Positions 1-7,624 of a stretch of DNA of 15,463 nucleotides are shown piece after piece. Under the pieces are notes generated by a model. That model had not been told where the DNA came from and ran no database searches. It saw only the letters and a list, made by a program, of their open reading frames with translations. Source of the DNA: Bdellovibrionota bacterium. Lineage in GTDB: Bacteria > Bdellovibrionota > UBA1018 > UBA923. A program made the position numbers and the translations under genes. Numbering within the stretch: the first letter of the stretch is position 1; each line of letters opens with the position of its first letter. The stretch covers positions 1 through 15,463 of the forward strand of contig JBFMCE010000092.1 in assembly GCA_040754655.1 (NCBI GenBank), read 5' to 3'.

Positions 1-46
1 CTTTAAATTTCAAGTATTTATATTTTTATATTATTTTGTATAAATT

Positions 47-70
47 ATATTTATTTATATAAATAAATAT
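47..70. repeat. Perfect 24-bp AT-only palindrome upstream of the 103..993 gene
   Basis: ATATTTATTTATATAAATAAATAT equals its own reverse complement; it lies in a very AT-rich leader, 20 nt upstream of the RBS TAAGGAGG (91-98). Confidence 0.6.
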
Positions 71-102
71 TGTATATGTTTTGTCAACTTTAAGGAGGCC
101 CT

Positions 103-993
103 ATGAAAAAGAGAAATACCAAATGGAAAATACGAGTCCGAAGCCTTGTTGGCGTATTTAGTTTATTGATCCCGGTTCTCTGTTTCTCCTCAAGCGACAC
201 TTCTTTGGGGGGCAGGGACTCGCTAACTGAACTTTCAATGTATGACGAGATGGAAGCGGCAAAGCATGCACTCAAACGTATAAAGGACTTTCATGTAGAT
301 AGTCCTGAGTTTAGGGAGGCAATCGAAGTTTTGATTCGAATTGATGCTAGTCCAGAGTTGTTAAAAAAAATTACACCTGAAGGACATGTCCAATTTAACG
401 ATTGGATTGAGATAAAAGCCAAACAATCTTCTAATCCTGAACTTAAAGAGCTATGCGCTATCGCGATGGCAAATTTATTTGTGGCACGAGAAGCTAACCA
501 TCCACCATGGGACTTAACCCGAAGCAGTAAAAGCCTTCGAGCATTTTCGGAGGCTGGGGATAGTATCATAAGAATATGGGAAGATGTTGGAAGGAGATTG
601 GGTCTACCGCCTGCCCCAATACTTCGGTATGGACGACCTATAGGACCAGATAACAAAGAAGAACCCAAGACCAGATTGCTTATTTTGCTTTTGGCCAATG
701 ATGATTTGGCTATCCGCTGGATACTAGAAAATGGAATGGTGTCTACGCATGAAGTGAATGAAGCTCTCTATGTCATTTCGATGACTAATCCTAAGCGCCT
801 TAGCCTTCAAACCTTAGAGCGCTTGAATCAATTTTTAGATACTAACGCTGCATTTTTTAAATCAGATCCCACGGATTATTGGGGTCGAAAAAGAACAGCC
901 GCATACTATGAAAAAGCACGAAAAAATCTGTCTTATGCCCTTCCATCAATAAGGAGTTGCGAATGGTATTTCACTAAAAAGCAAAGCGGGTAA
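103..993 (+). CDS. Hypothetical exported protein (296 aa)
   Basis: Long ORF with strong RBS (TAAGGAGG, 91-98). Basic N-terminus plus hydrophobic stretch (SLVGVFSLLIPVLCFS) suggests a signal peptide. No family motif recognised. Confidence 0.75.
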   Translation: MKKRNTKWKIRVRSLVGVFSLLIPVLCFSSSDTSLGGRDSLTELSMYDEMEAAKHALKRIKDFHVDSPEFREAIEVLIRIDASPELLKKITPEGHVQFNDWIEIKAKQSSNPELKELCAIAMANLFVAREANHPPWDLTRSSKSLRAFSEAGDSIIRIWEDVGRRLGLPPAPILRYGRPIGPDNKEEPKTRLLILLLANDDLAIRWILENGMVSTHEVNEALYVISMTNPKRLSLQTLERLNQFLDTNAAFFKSDPTDYWGRKRTAAYYEKARKNLSYALPSIRSCEWYFTKKQSG

Positions 994-1025
994 GGTTACT
1001 GTCCGTATTAGAATAAGCATGTTAA

Positions 1026-1054
1026 TAGAAGTATGACTATAAAACATACTTCTA
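1026..1054. promoter_or_regulatory. Inverted repeat (candidate operator) upstream of the DsbA-like gene
   Basis: TAGAAGTATG-N9-CATACTTCTA, perfect 10-bp arms, ending 26 nt before the ATG at 1081; no U-tract follows. Confidence 0.45.
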
Positions 1055-1080
1055 CTTGGTGTTGTTCATGAGGTTGAAAC

Positions 1081-1547
1081 ATGGGCTTCGAAAATAAAAG
1101 CACGATCCAATTTCTATTCGATTACCTTTCCCCGTATGCCTATCTTGCGTGGACTCAAATACAACCTCTTGCTCGTAGACATCAGAGAGTGGTTGAACCT
1201 CAGCCTATTCTTCTGGCAGGTCTTCTCAATGCAACCGGACAAAAGGGTCCTGCAGAAGTTGAGGCTGAAAGGCTCTATATTTTTAAAGACCTCTATCGAA
1301 CGACTTCTCACCTAGGAGTGCCTTTTGTTCCGCCCCCTTCACATCCGTTCAATCCCTTGCTTGCACTTCGAGTTTCGTTGGTACCCACGGACAATACAAA
1401 GCGCGTCGAGTTGGTTGATGGGATTTACAAGGCAGTTTTCGGCAGCGGTAAAGATATCTCTGACTCCGAGAATTTGGGTTCGATCCTCGCGGATTTGGGT
1501 TTTGATGCGCAAACTCTTATTACACGAGCAGCATCTACGGAAATAAA
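1081..1547 (+). pseudogene. 2-hydroxychromene-2-carboxylate isomerase / GST-kappa (DsbA-family) gene, 3'-truncated by IS21 element
   Basis: N-terminal FLFDYLSPYAYLA motif, KGPAEV and PPSHPFNPLLALR are typical of the family. The expected C-terminal GVFGVPT..F.G.DR segment is missing. The ORF reads into the IS left end (1548) and stops at 1608. Confidence 0.85.
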
Positions 1548-1633
1548 TGGACGCACCGGTTTAAAAAGGGGCAAATTTCGCCGGGATACCGTGGACAGGG
1601 ACAGTTGATGGGCATCGGCGTTTGAGGGACAGT
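1548..1633 (+). repeat. IS21 left end: IRL (1548-1573) plus internal repeats
   Basis: GGGGCAAA at 1568, GGGACAGT at 1598 and 1626. Confidence 0.85.
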
Positions 1634-1656
1634 CTGAGCAGATGTAAACTATTACA

Positions 1657-1917
1657 ATGGAGCCCGGAACGGAATCTGGAACAGAGAATCATGCTCGCCC
1701 TGCCATCGAGTTTAACTGCGGCTGGTGTAAACAAACTGTAAGGATCTGCCAATGCTGTTGGCGGAATCAAAAGTATTGTTCCAAGGACTGCTCGCGCCAG
1801 GCGACTCTTTCGCATCATCGCCGCAATCAAAAGACTTACCGAATGACAGCTGCCGGAAGAGCCAGCCACATCGCCCAACAGCGCGAATATCGGGTGAGAA
1901 AAAAAATCCAAGAGTGA
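1657..1917 (+). CDS. Cys-rich, basic small protein inside the IS upstream of istA (may extend to 2113 via a frameshift)
   Basis: CGWC, CQCC and YCSKDCS clusters followed by an Arg-rich helix. The +1 frame after the A8 run (1899-1906) stays open to 2113 and encodes a further CAVCG. Confidence 0.7.
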   Translation: MEPGTESGTENHARPAIEFNCGWCKQTVRICQCCWRNQKYCSKDCSRQATLSHHRRNQKTYRMTAAGRASHIAQQREYRVRKKIQE

Positions 1918-2060
1918 TCGATCTACAATTGTAGTCAAGCATCCTGCAAAACCTCCGCAAGCTACGGGTGATTGTGCTGTGTGCGGCGCTCCCGTTTGCG
2001 TCGTCTGGCGAATTGAGTCGAGCCGACGAGAGTTGTTTTATTCGATTCGGAGGATTGTGA

Positions 2061-3827
2061 GTGATCACCCCAGAAGTTCAAGCCCAGATATTGACGCTTT
2101 ACTACACAGATAAAAGATCGATGGAGTCGATTGCGCGAGAGCTTGGCGTCAACCGCAAAACGGTCACTCGTGTCATACAACGCCGAGAGGTTCTGCTCGT
2201 ACCGAAGCACCGGACGCGGTCTTCAGGGCTTGATCCCTTCAAAGAATCAATTCGAGCTCTGCTCAAAAAAGACCCCAAGATCACGGGCAGTGCCATTCTG
2301 AACTATCTTCGCACACAGGGCTACACCGGCGGCATTACAGTGGTGCGCGAGTTCATGTTAACTGAGCGTGGGCGAATGGTGTACCCACGCGAGGCTTATC
2401 TGCGTTTGGAGTTCGGCCCCGGTGAAGTTGCCCAAGTCGATTGGGGCGAGTTTGGCGACGTCTTTGGAGATGGAATTAAAATCCACTGCTTTGCCATGGT
2501 CATGGCCTACTCACGAATGCTCTACGTTGAATTTACACGAGCTGAGAAGTTTGAAGACTTCATTCGTGGTCACGAGAATGCCTTGCGCTTCTTCGGGGGA
2601 GCGCCACGTGAGTGTTGGTATGACAATCTCACTTCTGCGGTCTCAGACCGCATGGGTGGGCTCATTCGGTTCAACCCGCGTTTTATGGCTTATATGGGCC
2701 ACCACGGGGTTCGTCCGCACGCTTGCAATCCCGCTCGAGGTAACGAGAAAGGCCGAGTTGAGAACTTAATCAAGTACATCCGTATGAACTTTTGGCCAGG
2801 ACGATATTTTACTAACTTTGAAGATCTCAATCGGCAATTGATCATCTGGCGTAACCAAATAGCAAACGCCAGAGAGCACCGAACTACCCGCCGGGTCATA
2901 CGGCTGTTGTTTGAGTCGGTGGAAAAAGAAAAACTTTTGCCCCTAAATCCCACCGCCTACGACACTGATGAGATTTTTTCTCGCCACGTGAGTTCCGACT
3001 TTCATTTGCAGTACGAGTCCAACCGCTACTCAGTGCCTTGGACACTGGTTGGCCTGACGGTGACAGTTCGCGTGAACAACAGCGATCTTAAAATTTATTA
3101 CAACGAGAAGTTTATTTGCTCGCACCTCAGAAGCTATTTAAAAAATCAGGTCTTCACTACCGAGGGTCATAGAGCTGGCCTTCTTGAAAGAAAGCCGGGG
3201 GCAACACGCGAGACCTGGCAGCTTGGTTTTGTGAAGGGACTTGGGCCAAAGATGGCCGAGTACGTGGAACTTGTACGCCAGGGGCCGCGCTCGCTGAAGT
3301 ATGAGCTCTCGCGTCTTGTGGCTTTGACGACGATCTACGGCGAACCGATGGTGCTGGATGCCTGCGGTGAGTGTTTAAACTCAGGCATTGTCGGCGTGGA
3401 TAACGTCGAGCTCTACCTCAAGCGACGCCATCATCCGTCATCCACTGAGCTTGCGCCAAAACCCATCACATTTGATTCCGAAAAACTGAACCGGGTTCAC
3501 CGGCCAGTCGATCTTCGAAAGTACGACGCGCTCCTGTTCGAGGGGGATAATCAACAACTGAGCGCGTCGGAGGAAAATAAATATGGAAATAGCAACGACG
3601 GCGGCGACCAAGGCGCTCCAAGAGAGTCTGGCGGCACTCAAGCTCAAACACTGGGGCCAAGCCATGAGTCAGGATCTAGAGGCGATGCCGGAGCAAGATC
3701 GGGAATTGATCTCCAAGTACCTGAACCAATGGGTTGCCAAGGAAAAGGCCGAGAGATTCACGCAGATGATTCAAAACAGAGTGAGAGGAGCCAAGTTCCG
3801 CAGACTTCAGACAGTGGAGAATTTTGA
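2061..3827 (+). CDS. istA: IS21-family DDE transposase IstA
   Basis: N-terminal HTH (SMESIARELGVNRKTV), DDE residues in AQVDWG / WYDN / KGRVEN, NRYSVP and LRKYDALL. The last ~80 aa overlap istB in another frame. Confidence 0.95.
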   Translation: MITPEVQAQILTLYYTDKRSMESIARELGVNRKTVTRVIQRREVLLVPKHRTRSSGLDPFKESIRALLKKDPKITGSAILNYLRTQGYTGGITVVREFMLTERGRMVYPREAYLRLEFGPGEVAQVDWGEFGDVFGDGIKIHCFAMVMAYSRMLYVEFTRAEKFEDFIRGHENALRFFGGAPRECWYDNLTSAVSDRMGGLIRFNPRFMAYMGHHGVRPHACNPARGNEKGRVENLIKYIRMNFWPGRYFTNFEDLNRQLIIWRNQIANAREHRTTRRVIRLLFESVEKEKLLPLNPTAYDTDEIFSRHVSSDFHLQYESNRYSVPWTLVGLTVTVRVNNSDLKIYYNEKFICSHLRSYLKNQVFTTEGHRAGLLERKPGATRETWQLGFVKGLGPKMAEYVELVRQGPRSLKYELSRLVALTTIYGEPMVLDACGECLNSGIVGVDNVELYLKRRHHPSSTELAPKPITFDSEKLNRVHRPVDLRKYDALLFEGDNQQLSASEENKYGNSNDGGDQGAPRESGGTQAQTLGPSHESGSRGDAGARSGIDLQVPEPMGCQGKGREIHADDSKQSERSQVPQTSDSGEF

Positions 3828-4374
3828 TTTTAGGCACTCAAAAACGACCGAGAAAATCGAGAAGACCTATCTTGGACTCTTGACTGCGGTTGCCAAAGAC
3901 AATCTCCCCTCAGCTGTCTTTACGGGGCACGCGGGTACGGGAAAAACCCATCTAGCGCGCGCCTTGGGTTAGGCCTGCTGTCAAAAGGGAATCTCGGTCT
4001 TGTTCATCACGGCAGCCGAGATGGTCAACCACCTTCAGCATGCACAGAAAACTTACAACTTAGAATCGGAGCTCAATAAATATCGAAAACCACAGGTGCT
4101 CATCATTGACGAGCTTGGTTACGTGGCGCTGGACACTCAGGCGAGCAATTTGTTCTTCCAGGTGATCAGCTCCCGACATGATGCGGAGTTGGGGACCATT
4201 GCGACCACCAACATCCCCTTCGGGAAGTTCAACCAGATCTTTGCCAACGACGCCATTGCTCACGCCATCGTCGATCGGCTCGTCAATGAAGCTGAGGTTT
4301 TTTACATGGAGGGCGACAGCTATCGGCCGCATCAGAGGCAAGAAAAGCTAAAGCGAAAAAAACAAATCGCTTGA
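3583..4374 (+). pseudogene. istB: IS21-family AAA+ helper ATPase IstB interrupted by in-frame TAG at 3970-3972
   Basis: ORFs 3583..3972 and 4000..4374 share one frame and read ...GHAGTGKTHLARALG*ACCQKGISVLFITAAE...LIIDELG...TTN...AIVDRL (Walker A, Walker B, sensor). RBS GGAGG at 3569-3573. Confidence 0.92.
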
Positions 4375-4461
4375 ACGAAGACGAAAAAAACATCAGGGTG
4401 GTATGGGTCGCGGCTCGCATTCAATGGCCGGGAACTCATGCCGCCCTACGCTCGCCGCCGA

Positions 4462-4546
4462 ACTGACCCATTTTAATCCGGTGGCCACCGTCCCCCTGGT
4501 ACCGGTAAACCGGTGGAAACTGTCCCTTTCGAAGCCGGCGCCTCCA
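4462..4546 (-). repeat. IS21 right end: IRR (4521-4546) plus internal repeats
   Basis: ACTGACCC at 4462, ACCGTCCC at 4487 and ACTGTCCC at 4519 are inverted copies of the left-end GGGACAGT motif. Confidence 0.85.
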
Positions 4547-4653
4547 GTTCTGAACACTGGACCGTTACGATAATTCGTAAACGATGAAAGAGAAGTGATC
4601 TAGTCTTAGCGACTATCCGGCGCAAACGTTTGCGAGTGCAAACCCATTAGCTA

Positions 4654-5607
4654 CTAGAAGTCTTTTTCGAGGAATTGCTTGCTTTGAGCTGTCAGATTGC
4701 TCTTTAAGAACAACTCTGAAAAGGAATGGACACCAAATTCGTTTCGTAGCATTGCCAACGCCGGAGCTAGCTTTTCTTCTAAGCTTTCGACAAAGTCGCT
4801 AAGTTCACCAATTTCTGGCGTTGCAATCTGTTTCATCGTGGACTCGAAGCCAGTATAAGCTTTTCTGTCGAGCTTCATCTCAAATCCTCCCGTATTAGCA
4901 GAATTCTTTAAAGCGTAAACTAGCCAGCAGATTTCAGAGTTTTCTGGCTTGGTCTGAGTGAGTTCAGGAAGCGTTTCAAAAAAGCGAACATCAACAACTA
5001 CAGCTGTTTTTTTCTTCCATGCCTGCAAAATCTTGCCTTTATATAAAAGCTGAGGCGCAAGTCGTTTGCGCGACGATGACAGATAGTCGGGGCGGGGATA
5101 ATTTTTTTCCTTGGACCAATCCATTTCGCCACGCTCATCTGGCTTTGCCATAAAATACTCGAATGGGCGTCTAATGTTGCCAGAAACATAAACGGCTTGA
5201 ACTTCAACTGCACCGAAGTCTGAAATCTTTCCCGCCTTATCGTGCGCCACTAACACTAAATCAATGTTCCCCGCTGATTCGCCTGTCTTCTCTTTAAGGC
5301 GAATTTCTTTTAGTGGAGTCCAAAGCGTTTCCTTTGAGAAAAAATATTGCGCAGCATCTCGACAAATTTTCCATTTCTCTCGAAAACGAACGGGGCAAAT
5401 CACCGTTGGTAAGTCCTGATTGTCAGTGTGCAAACTGCATACCCCCAACGGACTTTCTTTCTTATCCTTGGTGCATATGGGCGTATTGTTATTGAATGGA
5501 CACAGCCGATCTTTTCTACTTCGTTTCGCTTCCGCCGACTTGTCAGTAATTTTGAACCCAAAAACTTCCGCTAAAGGTTGTTTCGGGCTTAATTGTCGAT
5601 TAGCCAC
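4654..5607 (-). CDS. NotI-family type II restriction endonuclease
   Basis: AEVFG, four Cys (C36 LCPF, C45 ICTK, C57 VCSL, C71 ICPVRF) as in the NotI metal-binding domain, GNIDLVL...VEVQAVYVSG catalytic region, SSRKRLAPQLLYKG. Overlaps the methyltransferase gene end by 19 nt. Confidence 0.88.
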   Translation of the reverse strand: MANRQLSPKQPLAEVFGFKITDKSAEAKRSRKDRLCPFNNNTPICTKDKKESPLGVCSLHTDNQDLPTVICPVRFREKWKICRDAAQYFFSKETLWTPLKEIRLKEKTGESAGNIDLVLVAHDKAGKISDFGAVEVQAVYVSGNIRRPFEYFMAKPDERGEMDWSKEKNYPRPDYLSSSRKRLAPQLLYKGKILQAWKKKTAVVVDVRFFETLPELTQTKPENSEICWLVYALKNSANTGGFEMKLDRKAYTGFESTMKQIATPEIGELSDFVESLEEKLAPALAMLRNEFGVHSFSELFLKSNLTAQSKQFLEKDF

Positions 5608-6473
5608 GACAGGTCTTTCCCCACGATTAATTCTTCCATCTCTGCGTGGTGAGTGTTTTTCATTGGAATTAGCGCGGTCTGATAACCATAACCCTGAGAT
5701 AGTTCCCGGAGCTCTTCGCTATCATCATATGTAAATACAAATGGTGATTTTGCTTTTCTAAAAAGGGCTAGTAGGTCTCGATGGTTAAGTTGGTGATGAG
5801 TGTAGAGCCTGCGCCCCGCTTTTTTCCCAGCAGCTGTGTAAGGTGGATCAACGAAAATATAAGCGCTCTTGTTTTCAGTGTACTGGGGGATTACGTCGAA
5901 TGCGGACCCTTGGATAAAACTAATTTTATGCCGAATGGTTCCTATCTCACGAATTCGTTTTGCGAGAGTTTCTGGATACCAGCGCGAAGCGATACCTTTG
6001 CCGTTTTCGCCGTTTTTTATTAACCCAGACCCCTCAGCCATGATTCCACCGTGGCTAACTCTATTTCGCAAAATTGTATGAAATGCTCTATCGGCAAGAT
6101 TTCGAGGTGGCTTTGCTAAAGTTCCTTGGACCTTGTCAAACGTAAGGTCGAAACTCAAGATTCTCTTTGCAAGGTTTTCATGGTCTCCGTGAATAATGGT
6201 TTCCCACACAGCAGCCACGTTTTCATCCAACTCGACAAGGATCACCTTTTCCGCCCAATCCTCGAAAGCTGCGGTGAGGCCAATAATTCCACCGCCAGTA
6301 AATGGCTCTAGTAGCACTTTAGGTTTTTTATCCGCACTACTCATCCATTTACGAAAGGTCGGAACAAACCATGTTTTACCGCCTGGGTAGCGAAAAAGGC
6401 TCCGTTGGGGAACAGAGGCAACGTTTACGATTTTTTTCTTGTCTGAATTTTTATCGAAAAAATTAAGCTGCAT
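5589..6473 (-). CDS. Dam/D12-class (alpha-group) DNA amino-methyltransferase, likely N6-adenine
   Basis: FRYPGGK (motif X), EPFTGGG (motif I, SAM binding) and FVDPPY (motif IV), in alpha-group order. Confidence 0.93.
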   Translation of the reverse strand: MQLNFFDKNSDKKKIVNVASVPQRSLFRYPGGKTWFVPTFRKWMSSADKKPKVLLEPFTGGGIIGLTAAFEDWAEKVILVELDENVAAVWETIIHGDHENLAKRILSFDLTFDKVQGTLAKPPRNLADRAFHTILRNRVSHGGIMAEGSGLIKNGENGKGIASRWYPETLAKRIREIGTIRHKISFIQGSAFDVIPQYTENKSAYIFVDPPYTAAGKKAGRRLYTHHQLNHRDLLALFRKAKSPFVFTYDDSEELRELSQGYGYQTALIPMKNTHHAEMEELIVGKDLSWLIDN

Positions 6474-6500
6474 CAGTATCTCCGTTGCCTACCCAGATCA

Positions 6501-6719
6501 TTAAACTCTTACTTCATTGGGGCTGTGGTTTTGAGAGGTAGCGCCACCGCCATCACGTACCCATTGATCAACTTCACTTGCCTGAAACTTCCAAAGCTTT
6601 CCGAGTTTATGGGCAGGGATTTTCTGTTTCTCAACCCAGCGGTACACGGTTTCTTTTGAAACTCCGAGATGAACAGCAATCTCATCAACCGATAGCCATC
6701 GCTCTGTTTTAGAGTCCAT
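6501..6719 (-). CDS. Excisionase-like helix-turn-helix DNA-binding protein (HTH_17 type), 72 aa
   Basis: WLSVDEIAVHLGVSKETVYRWVEKQKIPAHKLGKLWKF...EVDQWV. Start moved to the ATG at 6719 because GAGG lies 6 nt upstream of it. Confidence 0.92.
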   Translation of the reverse strand: MDSKTERWLSVDEIAVHLGVSKETVYRWVEKQKIPAHKLGKLWKFQASEVDQWVRDGGGATSQNHSPNEVRV

Positions 6720-7025
6720 GCATTGCCTCACAAGTTGCTACCTTATGAGTATTTGAGACAAGCACTGACAAGTAAATACGAAAATGAGCAAAGTGCTGTT
6801 GTGCAAAACGTCACAAAGCTCGAAATTTACTGCTTCAGCTCAGCGGTAAAGAATTTCTACCAGCTCCGAGAGGCAGAAAACAATTTTGCAATGATTGTTC
6901 CTCCGTAACGTAGCGTTCCGTAAATTTTAGCTAGTATATTTCTCGTCGCAGCTAACTTGATAATGTGTGTTCATATTCGGTGGTCGAATTCACCGTTCCT
7001 GAGACTTCTTCCTTAGGGAAAGCCG

Positions 7026-7055
7026 TCAGCCAACCCTCAGCCAAAAGTCAGCCAA
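7026..7055. repeat. Three TCAGCCAA direct repeats at 11-bp period (integrase arm-site-like)
   Basis: Exact copies at 7026, 7037 and 7048, about 135 nt beyond the tRNA 3' end. Confidence 0.75.
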
Positions 7056-7152
7056 GCTTTGAGACATAGTGCGATCCCTTGCGACACGCAAACGCTTCGA
7101 CTGAGCCGCATATCTCGTATTCTTTAGGGAAAATTTCTCAGTGATTTTAAAT

Positions 7153-7184
7153 AAAAAAGGGGCCAACCCGTTAGGATTGGCCCC
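7153..7184 (-). terminator. Rho-independent terminator of tRNA-Asn
   Basis: Minus strand GGGGCCAATCC-TAAC-GGGTTGGCCCC followed by TTTTTT, 6 nt after the CCA end. Confidence 0.9.
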
Positions 7185-7190
7185 GAAAGA

Positions 7191-7265
7191 TGGCTCAGGA
7201 GGAGGGATTCGAACCCCCGACCAGCCGGTTAACAGCCGGCTGCTCTACCACTGAGCTACTCCTGA
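7191..7265 (-). tRNA. tRNA-Asn (GTT)
   Basis: TCAGGAG/CTCCTGA acceptor stem, TAGCTCAGTGGTAGAGC D-arm, GCCGG-CTGTTAA-CCGGC anticodon arm, GGTTCGAATCC T-arm, encoded CCA; 75 nt. Confidence 0.98.
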
Positions 7266-7286
7266 ATAGATTTTGTGGTTCCTAGG

Positions 7287-7315
7287 TAATTACGAGAGGT
7301 CTCCGACAAAATCAA
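7287..7315 (-). promoter_or_regulatory. Possible sigma70 promoter for tRNA-Asn
   Basis: Minus strand TTGATT-N17-TAATTA, ending 21 nt upstream of the tRNA 5' end; the -10 box is imperfect. Confidence 0.35.
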
Positions 7316-7624
7316 GCGCTTAATGCCGCGTGGCAGTCTCGCGTGCGTTTCGTGTGCGTGGGAATTGGTATATACGAATTCTTATCAGTTCTACGAGATG
7401 GTGCATTGTCATTTCTTGAACAAGAGAACACCCAAAAAAACGGACCTCTTCGAGTGCCAGAATAAAACCCGATTAATAACATCAGATAAGCCTCGGCATT
7501 TTCTGTCTCTCATGGCTTCACTTATTTCAAGATGGCTCAAACTTGCCGCTTTGATTTCAAAAATTCTACACGAGGCATGTTCCGAAATCTCACCAAAACA
7601 TCAACGATTTCCGATCAGTAAATA

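Larger units (their letters stand above)
1548..4546 (+). mobile_element. IS21-family insertion sequence (~3.0 kb; accessory ORF + istA + istB)
   Basis: TG...CA ends. Terminal inverted repeats match 20/26 (TGGACGCACCGGTTTAAAAAGGGGCA vs TGGAGGCGCCGGCTTCGAAAGGGACA). Multiple subterminal GGGACAGT-like repeats and an istA/istB pair inside. Confidence 0.93.

Noticed and set aside
1548..1608. Apparent C-terminus of the 175-aa DsbA-like ORF
   Set aside because: It is read-through into the IS left inverted repeat, not native coding sequence.
3970..3972. Pyrrolysine or alternative genetic code readthrough in istB
   Set aside because: TAG terminates several normal genes in this window and no pyl genes are visible.
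6723..6908. 61-aa ORF or integrase remnant between the HTH gene and tRNA
   Set aside because: Overlaps the HTH upstream region and shows no tyrosine-recombinase motif in the frames I examined.
7026..7055. CRISPR array
   Set aside because: Repeats are 8 bp with 3-bp spacers and there are no cas genes.
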